A stretch of 16,933 nucleotides of DNA from the NCBI GenBank assembly GCA_018985225.1, contig JADGIF010000151.1:1-16933 (forward strand), read 5' to 3'. A program made the translations under genes and the position numbers. Below, piece by piece: positions 9,822 to 16,933 of this stretch (its first letter is position 1; each line of letters opens with the position of its first letter). Below the pieces are notes generated by a model. It saw only the letters and a program-made list of their open reading frames with translations. It made no database searches and was not told the DNA's origin. Origin of the DNA: Amoeboradix gromovi X-113 (taxonomy: Eukaryota > Fungi > Sanchytriomycota).

Positions 9822-10349
9822 ATGCATTTAAGACGAAACATTGAAAAATTCAAAGCGTTGGATGATTTTAAAGAAAGCATGCTGGATGAGGAATTTAGTT
9901 ATGACTATTTTAGGTGTATAGATATTTTAAAAGATTTAGAAGAGACAGCTAGTAAATTAGAGAAGGTTCTATCATACGATGCTACTAGACTTATTGAAGG
10001 GATACTTGTGATTGCAGGGTTTATATTTAGTACGCTTCAAATAAAAGAATTTGTAGTAGGATATGCAATTGCTTTTATCGTTTTCATATTGGTTAAGATT
10101 TTAAAATTTGCTATTACATCATACAATACCTTTTTCGGAAATCTGTCACTACATTCTTGTTTTATTACTTTAGTCTTGTTAATGGCAATTGAATGTATAA
10201 TTCAGACGTATTGGATAATTTATTTTACAAATTATTCAAAAGCTACTACTAGTACATATCAATTATTGCTGTTGACCACATATTCTCTTAACATTAAAAA
10301 TTTAATCGAATTTTCTTGGGATTATAAAATTTTTAGAGAAAGTAAATAA
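9822..10349 (+). CDS. Hypothetical membrane protein (~3-4 TM segments)
   Basis: 175-aa ORF with a charged N-terminus followed by several hydrophobic stretches. Very AT-rich. Confidence 0.55.
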   Translation: MHLRRNIEKFKALDDFKESMLDEEFSYDYFRCIDILKDLEETASKLEKVLSYDATRLIEGILVIAGFIFSTLQIKEFVVGYAIAFIVFILVKILKFAITSYNTFFGNLSLHSCFITLVLLMAIECIIQTYWIIYFTNYSKATTSTYQLLLLTTYSLNIKNLIEFSWDYKIFRESK

Positions 10350-10480
10350 TATAAAATTTATTGTTGGTAATAATAAATCTGCTAAACAATTTGAAAATAA
10401 AATTTAACTTCAAATGAGACATACTCTGTAAAAAGTAGACTAGACGATTTGTGTCGAAATTTCAAAAATAAATACTCTGT

Positions 10481-10942
10481 ACATCTGGGACACCAAATAT
10501 AAAAACTAGACTAACTCGTTTTTAAAGGAGGTGCTCCATACGGAGGAAATGCTATCATTAATAAAAGATCTTCTATTATACCAAGATTCTCTCATTGATT
10601 GTATTCCTCTTTTTAAAATAAAACTAGAAGACCCTGCATCTCGTTCAAATATATGAGGTCTTTGAGCATCTAAGCAAGTGGTGCATTTTCTTAGACGGTA
10701 CTCTTTTCTAGAGTCATTTTCTTTTTCCTCGTAGCACCTTTCGTTTAACTTATTTTTTGTTTTCTCTTCTTCTTATTAATCATTGTTTCTAAGATTTTGA
10801 TGGATGAAAGTCTTTATACTAAAATAGTTTACTTGAACCAATCAATTTACTTTAATTTACAATCGGTTAATACGCACTTGACATAATGATTCAAATTACT
10901 TCAGAAAGTTAGTCTAGTTTTTATATTTGATATCACATTTGT
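10481..10942 (-). mobile_element. TIR-bounded MITE-like element carrying a divergent Fanzor-like C-terminal remnant (family C)
   Basis: Perfect 23-bp inverted repeat caaatataaaaactagactaact (10494-10516) / agttagtctagtttttatatttg (10907-10929), extending imperfectly to ~36 bp. Internal minus frame reads EYRLRKCTTCLDAQRPHIFERDAGSSSFILKRG (CxxC followed by an RD motif). Confidence 0.65.
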
Positions 10943-11590
10943 TTCCACATAGTTCTACACAATCACAGCTACACTTTCCATAACCAGGTTGAGACGGATG
11001 GTGAGGGGCTGTATCATTTTACTGACCCGCAAGGACAATGTGCGAAATATTTTCAAAGCACCTAAGGCTAAGAAAGGTGAAGGCGAGCAGTCCATCGAGG
11101 AGCTGAACGGTGCAGAGCCCGGAAGGCTGGTCAAAAAAATGTGGTGGGCATTGATCGTAATGTAAGTTACCTCATCTTCTGCGCTGACAGCGACCAGCGT
11201 GAGCCGACGAAGCTCTGACATACTCAAAACACTAAGTGCAAAGAGACTAAGTTCAAGAAGTATCACAACCAACTACAGTCACAGAAGAGAGGTACAGCGA
11301 CTGAAGGCAGACGTGTAGCGGAGTGGTCCGCACTCTTTTTTAGGGAGGCTGGACAAAGGTCTACTAAGTAGATGCAGTACCTGTAGAGAACTTGGTGTGC
11401 TCCACATTCAGAGTGCGTGACAACCCTATACTCTTACAGATAGGAAGGTATCCTGCGCCATGGTCTTCTCAAGTGTAGTACTTGTTCAAGGCTGTGAAAC
11501 AGAAATGTGAACGCTGCTAGCAACATCTAGAAGATAGCAAAGAGAGCTATCATACGTTAACTGGACCAGTGTATCCCCAAAGAGCTCAAT
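10940..11590 (+). pseudogene. Fanzor1 pseudogene, downstream fragment (RuvC-I to C-terminus), family B
   Basis: With frameshifts and stops: CFH..HSYTFHNQVETDG-CIILLTRKD...EQSIEEL...VVGIDRN (RuvC-I at 11141-11161) ...KETKFKKY...RTLFREAG.VY*VD...CSTFRVRDNP...LRHGLLKCSTCSRL*NRNVNAASNI*KIAKRAI..GPVYPQR. This is the Fanzor1 motif order (TDG, GIDP, VYLVDE, HGLLxCxxC, WNRDxNAxxNI, RPxYL). Confidence 0.85.
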
Positions 11591-11599
11591 GGCTAAAAG

Positions 11600-11694
11600 C
11601 TACTTCAGTGGTGCTATGTCGGCACTACAATCCCAAGATTTAGAGAGCATACAAAGCCTCAGCTGTTGAAGTTTTGGGGTGTTTGAAAAGTTAA
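11600..11694 (+). ncRNA. Candidate Fanzor1 omegaRNA / element right end
   Basis: Immediately 3' of the Fanzor1 C-terminus, with stem gtggtgc/gcactac. RNA identity is inferred from position only. Confidence 0.4.
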
Positions 11695-12052
11695 TCTTTT
11701 TGACATTTTAGATGTTTCACAGCGTGAAATAAACCTTAAATTTCTGGAAATTTACATTTTCTAAGCAGAGCTTCGATTACCAGGTTATAGAAACCGGAAG
11801 ATCTTTTATCGTTTTTAAGACGTCGGACTTGTTTTTGCTACAAGTCGACAAACGGTCTTTTTTGTTAAATCTAATTTTAAGGCCTTTTCTCTTTATGACC
11901 ATAAATGAAAATGAAGGGTGTGCTGCATCGGCATTTCAATTTGGCCAGATCTATCATGTCAAAATGGACAATAAAGTTGAGATATCTTTAAGTATGTCCA
12001 TAATCGCGTTTTCAACTAAAAAAACAAAAGCTTGTTAGAAATTGATTGTCGT

Positions 12053-13093
12053 TTATTCTTCTTTTGGGCTATTTGGCCTATTTATTGATTCTTGCCGATT
12101 AGCTAACGGCGAATGCACCTCTTCAAATGCTTCCTCAGTCGGCGATTCATACGTACTTTCATGTACTACTCTTCGCTGCCTTCTTTTTCTCAGAACGCTC
12201 TCACTGTTTGGAATAATAACTTCATGAGGTGACATTGGAGGCCTTTGTCCTTGTGCTTCTGTTTCCACCCAGTCCGAGTCAGAAACGCACAGTTTCCATA
12301 TAGCAAGCAGAAAGAACAGTTCCCATAACATGATAAACGCAATTCCTATTGTAGCGGAAGTGAAAAACCAATGATACATAAAATAACGAACTCCATGAAA
12401 TTTAGCTTCCAAATGCAACTGGGACTCGTAGACATGGATAGGATAGTGAGACCTCATGTTTATTTCCATAAATGTAGCATAAGGGTCCTGAGGTTGATCC
12501 ACTTTAAAGGTACCAATTTGCTCCAATGCCAACAATGGCTGTTCATGTATCCAGTCTGGTAGCGGAGATGCTACAGATTGCAGCAAAGGTACCCGTATAA
12601 TCTGAGTATCAAAATTCATAAAGCCAAGTAGCAGAGGGAACCAGAATATGATCTGATTCACATATCTTAATAAAACTGGATAAAATGTAACCGCACCAGC
12701 CCTGACACTAGTATATAAAGTATCGTTCAATGAAGACTTTATCTTTGATTCTATCATAAAGTTACCGACTTCCATGTTTTTGGAGGATTGAGGCAATTGG
12801 ACCTCTAGAGTTAAATCGTAACTCTGACCATTAGGAAGATTTAAAGGAAGCAAAGTCGTTGCGGACTTATCCGTACCAAAGTCAAAAAAGACTGGCAAAT
12901 GCTGTTGGATGTTTGGGATATACCAATAGTAAAACGAAAAATATAGCATCAAAGAGGTCATCAATACTATTGCAAACAACACAGCGCTAACGATTGTTTT
13001 GAGCACTACCTGATGAGTTTTTGGGTTGCTTACAAATTTGTTGACCTTGCTAAAGAATGGGTTAAATGCATAGAGAAACGGCTTTTGGAGCAT
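12053..13093 (-). CDS. BSCL2: Seipin (lipid droplet biogenesis)
   Basis: TM-YFSFYYWYIP, GQSYDLTLEVQLPQSSKNMEVGNFM, and AKFHGVRYFMYHWFFTSATIG-TM. Confidence 0.9.
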   Translation of the reverse strand: MLQKPFLYAFNPFFSKVNKFVSNPKTHQVVLKTIVSAVLFAIVLMTSLMLYFSFYYWYIPNIQQHLPVFFDFGTDKSATTLLPLNLPNGQSYDLTLEVQLPQSSKNMEVGNFMIESKIKSSLNDTLYTSVRAGAVTFYPVLLRYVNQIIFWFPLLLGFMNFDTQIIRVPLLQSVASPLPDWIHEQPLLALEQIGTFKVDQPQDPYATFMEINMRSHYPIHVYESQLHLEAKFHGVRYFMYHWFFTSATIGIAFIMLWELFFLLAIWKLCVSDSDWVETEAQGQRPPMSPHEVIIPNSESVLRKRRQRRVVHESTYESPTEEAFEEVHSPLANRQESINRPNSPKEE

Positions 13094-13126
13094 AAAAAGT
13101 TTTAAAACTACCCCTATTGTACTTTC

Positions 13127-14383
13127 ATGACATTACACCCACAGTGCAGACCAAAAGGTAATCAGTATGTGTCGGGCGGTAAAAGCGAGATGGGCCTATT
13201 TGATGAAATAGACGACAATGCACTAATTATGAGTATTATAAGTTATTGGCACCCCGAAGATCTTCTTTCGTTTGGACAAACATGTAAACATGCATATGTA
13301 TATAGCTGGTTTGAGGAAATATGGAAATTTTATTGTATAAGAGATGCTACTTGGTCATATAATGGATCCTGGAGAAGCACATGGACAGGTAATACAGAAA
13401 AATCAAAATTGAATTGCATGGTATACAACGACTTAATATTTAATATACATCGATATGCTAACTCCCAACTGCCTCTTCCGGAGACTGGTATTCCAATAGC
13501 TGAAAACATATCAGTGGATGAATTTTTGCAATACGAAAGTCAAAGAATTCCTTGCATTCTAAGAGGTGCTTGTAAAGAATGGCCAGCATTCAAGAAATGG
13601 AATTGGGAATACCTATCGGATGTATGCGGCGATACGCTGTTTCAGTCCGAGCAACTCGACATCACTTTCAGAGAATTTGCCAAATATGCGACATCCAACC
13701 CAAATGATGAATCTCCGATTTATTTGTTTGACAAGAATTTTACAAATACTGTACCTGTTTTAGCGGATGATTTCGATTCTCCAAAATACTTTATTGATGA
13801 TTTGTTTCAATATCTTCCCAATCGTCCAGATAACTTATGGATAATTGCTGGTCCAGAGAGATCGGGCAGTACTTGGCATAAAGATCCAAATCAAACGAGT
13901 GCTTGGAATGCTACAATTACGGGTAAAAAGCTATGGATATTTATGCCACCTAACAAAACACCTCCAGGAATATTCCCTTCTGCAGACGGATCTAGCGTAA
14001 CTACACCGCTTTCATTGATGGACTGGTATTGTAATTATAGAGACCACTGTGACTGCACTGAAGCAGTTTCTGAACCAGGCGATGTGGTTTTCATTCCAAA
14101 CGGTTGGTGGCATATGGTCATCAATCTGGAGCCAGGAATAGCACTCACTCAGAACTATGTTAACAGATTCAATCTAAGAGCGGTGTTAAAGTTTTTAAAA
14201 TGCAAAAGAGAACAAATTAGTGGCACAAAAGATGCAAACTTATTTGACAGTTTTACAAAAGCGTTGCAGCCGATAGATATTCCCGAAGTTCAGCAAGTAC
14301 TAAAAGAGTTTGAAAAGAAAAGTTTATTGGACAATGCATTCTTATCAGGTTCTAACAATTTCTCATTTAAATTTGGAAAATAA
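13127..14383 (+). CDS. F-box-like + JmjC (JMJD6-like) dioxygenase
   Basis: N-terminal F-box-like segment. JmjC motifs YLFDKNF, GPERSGSTWHKDPN.TSAWN, GKKLW and PGDVVFIPNGWWHMVINL (HxD...H). Confidence 0.9.
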   Translation: MTLHPQCRPKGNQYVSGGKSEMGLFDEIDDNALIMSIISYWHPEDLLSFGQTCKHAYVYSWFEEIWKFYCIRDATWSYNGSWRSTWTGNTEKSKLNCMVYNDLIFNIHRYANSQLPLPETGIPIAENISVDEFLQYESQRIPCILRGACKEWPAFKKWNWEYLSDVCGDTLFQSEQLDITFREFAKYATSNPNDESPIYLFDKNFTNTVPVLADDFDSPKYFIDDLFQYLPNRPDNLWIIAGPERSGSTWHKDPNQTSAWNATITGKKLWIFMPPNKTPPGIFPSADGSSVTTPLSLMDWYCNYRDHCDCTEAVSEPGDVVFIPNGWWHMVINLEPGIALTQNYVNRFNLRAVLKFLKCKREQISGTKDANLFDSFTKALQPIDIPEVQQVLKEFEKKSLLDNAFLSGSNNFSFKFGK

Positions 14384-14389
14384 AACGAT

Positions 14390-15247
14390 TTACTCATCAT
14401 CCAGTAATGGAGCTTCCTCATCTGATATCTCTTGCTTTTGGGAAGATCGGGCACTGAGCAAAGACCCCATAACTACTAAGATAGCACCCAAAATAGAGTT
14501 GAACTCTATTTTGCTTTTAAATATTGTGATAGAGTAAACAAACGCGAAGAACACATCCAAATTAACAATTAGCGTGCCAGTCGAAGCAGGAATCTTTTGA
14601 AGAGCGGTATTTAAGTAGTATTGGCCGACATAAGAGAATCCTATGATAGACACAAGCCATGGGTCGTTTGGAACTTGAATAGATTCAGTCAAAGTAAGTT
14701 GCACTAAGGCAATAAGGCCGGAAAAGATGTTGAAGGACAAAATGCTATATATTGCATGGCATTTAAGACACTTGATTAATATATAAACAATAGAGCTGGC
14801 AATTGCACCCCCTAATGCACTCAAGATTCCTATATTTATTTCAAAAATCTGAGGCGCTGCGACAAGAAAAGATCCCCCCAAGCAAAGAATCAAAGACAAA
14901 ATGTTTTTGAAGTAAATAGGTTCTTTAAGAATTAAATAACTTAATATGGAAGTTAAAATTGGAGCGCTTAAAAATATTATTGTTGCATCTTCTAATTTCA
15001 AATGCTGTATACTGTAATAAAACAGACCGATTTCAATCGCACCAATAATCCCTCTCCACAAAAGAACACCGAGCTGATTTCTATCAAAAGGGATGGACCT
15101 GACTTGTATAATAGTGCTGGTAATTAAAAACTGGATAAGGGAGCGATAGAAGATGATATTGGCAGTGTTCAAGCTTGACAATTTAACGCTAAGGGTCATT
15201 AAACTGAATGAGAATGTTGATAGAATCATTTCCAAAATTCCGTTCAT
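14390..15247 (-). CDS. EamA/DMT superfamily (SLC35G-like) transporter
   Basis: Multi-TM protein with IIFYRSLIQ, LLWRGIIG, DATIIFLSAPILTSILSYLILKEPI and NSILGAILV. First ATG at 15247. Confidence 0.85.
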   Translation of the reverse strand: MNGILEMILSTFSFSLMTLSVKLSSLNTANIIFYRSLIQFLITSTIIQVRSIPFDRNQLGVLLWRGIIGAIEIGLFYYSIQHLKLEDATIIFLSAPILTSILSYLILKEPIYFKNILSLILCLGGSFLVAAPQIFEINIGILSALGGAIASSIVYILIKCLKCHAIYSILSFNIFSGLIALVQLTLTESIQVPNDPWLVSIIGFSYVGQYYLNTALQKIPASTGTLIVNLDVFFAFVYSITIFKSKIEFNSILGAILVVMGSLLSARSSQKQEISDEEAPLLDDE

Positions 15248-15434
15248 ATATTTAATGGGTAATACGCGATTGTTGAATTGTTTCAATTTTTAAATGAATA
15301 AATAACGTGTAAAACCATACTTAAGTGTTATAAGGCATTGAGATAATTAAGATGAACAATAAACTTTAAAGCATTTTAAAACTCGTGAGTTTACTATGTA
15401 ACGCGTTCTGTCTTTTGAGCCACTTACCCATTTT

Positions 15435-16499
15435 ATGACCGAATATCAATTCAACGCTAAAAGTAGATTTTAACTAATGTAGCAGCAAGAACCTTATTAC
15501 AATCGCACTCGTTGACAGATCCACCTCCTTGTATTCAATTGATAGGAAAAGATAACAAAACTAGAGACTTGGATCTAATTGAGTCTGTTGTTGTTGGAAG
15601 ATCCACTAGTAGTGCAACAAAACCAAATATAAATAATGCCTATTTTGACAGTAAGGTTCTTAGTAGACAGCATGCTAAACTTTATGCAGAAAATGGAAAA
15701 ATATATTTACTAGATTTAGGATCTGCGAATGGCACCTTTTTGAATGGGAAAAGATTGAGTCTGGAAGGATTACAAAGTACTGGATTTGAAGTAAAGGATG
15801 GTGATAACATTAGCTTTGGGGTCGATATTTTTGAGGAAGAAAAACTGATGTACGAAAAAGTGCAATTTACTGTAAGCTTGAAGAATGACCCTGTTCCAGT
15901 GACAATTCTAGAGAGTCGAGGTAGCTCTCTAGAAAAGTCTGCATCTGCAAAACAGCAGAAATTGAAATCGGCATCAATTAAGAATGAAAAACAAGGTACT
16001 AAACCTGATTTACCTGGAAAACCGATTGAAAATTTGGTGCAAGCTGTACAACAAGGTGTGGCGAGGGTTCAAGAGCAAACTCAAGAAATTGCTAAAATAC
16101 AATCTCAGCTGCAAATTCTAAATGAGCCAAGAGCAGAAACAAAGCTTGTTGAACTCAACATGCAATCCCAAAACCAAGTTGATAAAAGAATTAATTTGTT
16201 AGAGCAATCTACAAGTAAAATTGCTGTTTCTGTGGAACATCTCTTGTCTAAAATTTCAACTGAAAATGAACACTTGAGAAAAGAGCAAAGCCTGTTAAAG
16301 CTTCAAATGTCAGAGATACAGAAGTCTAATGCAGAGCTACTGAACAAGTTGGACAAAATCAAGCTCGATATTGAGGCGAAACCAAATAGAAAGGTACTTA
16401 AATCTAACGCAGTCCAATACACCGCAATGGTTGTTGCCACTACTTAGCGTTACAATCGCAATTGGTGCGTATTTTGCGATTGTTACTAAAGACCAATAA
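15435..16499 (+). CDS. FHA-coiled-coil-tail-anchor protein, SLMAP/Far10/Vps64-like; join(15435..15462,15483..16393,16413..16499)
   Basis: FHA motifs VVVGRS, FDSKVLSRQHA, DLGSANGTFLNG and GDNISFGVDI, then a coiled coil. Splicing two tiny introns supplies an ATG start and a C-terminal TM (WLLPLLSVTIAIGAYFAIV-TKDQ*). Confidence 0.88.
15463..15482 (+). other. 20-nt spliceosomal intron (GTAGATTTTAACTAATGTAG)
   Basis: Removal joins ATG 15435 (MTEYQFNAK) in frame to the FHA exon, which otherwise lacks an ATG start. CTAAT branch motif present. An in-frame alternative acceptor lies 3 nt downstream. Confidence 0.75.
16394..16412 (+). other. 19-nt spliceosomal intron (GTACTTAAATCTAACGCAG)
   Basis: GT..CTAAC.CAG. 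Removal restores the family-typical C-terminal transmembrane anchor and places the stop within AATAAA. Confidence 0.85.
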
Positions 16500-16502
16500 A
16501 TA

Positions 16503-16740
16503 TTGACTTTATTCGATCTTATCGCTCAACGTTCAGGATTGCGAGAAAATAGAGTTTCCACAAAGAAAGTGACCAAGTCAGCCAATGTTTTACAGCGGTT
16601 GCTCGCGCTCCCACTACCTGAGGCAGGACATAGTAGCAACATATAAAAGTATGTGTCCTTGCTGCTTTATGCTTAGTATCCGCTTCTAAATGGCAGTTTG
16701 TCCAGAAATTGGTTTTCTCAAAAGTACAACACATTGCGCG
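16503..16740 (-). mobile_element. Family A copy 3 (more diverged)
   Basis: Minus strand reads AMCCTFEKTNFWTNCHLEADTKHKAART, a degenerate form of CTICGTLKKTN..CTNCHLEIDRDHMAARN. It is followed by tgcctcaggtagtgggagcgcgagcaaccgctgtaa...tttctttgtggaaactctattttctcg, homologous to the 3' segment of the other copies. Confidence 0.75.
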
Positions 16741-16933
16741 TCTGCTGTTTCTGAAGGTTTCGACCAGAAACTTTACAGCAGTCGATAATACAAAACAGTC
16801 TCTTCGCGTCATGATACAACTACTTGGGTGACTATCTGCAAAGACTCGATGCATAGCCATGTATCAACTGTAAAATAGCGGAATAAACGTTACCCAGCGA
16901 ATAAAATACGAGATTGGTCTCCCCATAGGACCA

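Noticed and set aside
10955-11272. 105-aa minus ORF
   Set aside because: Antisense shadow of the Fanzor1 pseudogene.
8180-11590. Alternative genetic code (TAA/TAG=Gln or TGA=Trp) rescuing the Fanzor ORFs
   Set aside because: Host genes end at TAA/TAG in the expected places, and the relics also carry frameshifts, deletions and catalytic-motif changes.
3012-14537. Short ORFs overlapping real genes (3012-3290, 4801-5022, 5662-5877, 6366-6554, 12042-12227, 12371-12562, 13566-13763, 14310-14537)
   Set aside because: Antisense or alternate-frame shadows of conserved genes with no recognisable motifs.
16519-16860. 113-aa minus ORF as a functional gene
   Set aside because: It runs through the degenerate Zn-finger remnant and RNA segment of copy 3, and the DRD motif is lost.

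Overview
AT-rich, very compact eukaryotic genome segment, most consistent with an early-diverging fungus or other holomycotan (inference), using the standard genetic code. Housekeeping genes: Mps1 kinase, Osh6/7-type OSBP, mitochondrial uL29m/MRPL47, TBL1/Sif2-like LisH-WD40, Clp1, seipin, F-box/JmjC, EamA/SLC35G transporter and an SLMAP/Far10-like FHA tail-anchored protein. Some are separated by only 4-36 nt. Three apparent ORF truncations are repaired by 19-20 nt GT-AG introns, and a fourth 18-nt candidate exists. The intergenic DNA is dominated by relics of up to three distinct Fanzor (eukaryotic TnpB-like, RNA-guided nuclease) families. (A) Four copies of a Fanzor2/TnpB-like non-autonomous element share a conserved structured 3' segment (candidate omegaRNA); three also keep the Zn-finger/RuvC-III tail. 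(B) A Fanzor1 pseudogene is split in two (8180-8440 and 10940-11590) by ~2.5 kb of other sequence. (C) A TIR-bounded ~460-bp element carries a third, divergent Fanzor-like C-terminus. The Mps1 5' region appears to contain a ~108-nt in-place inversion. All family assignments come from manual motif recognition, not database searches.
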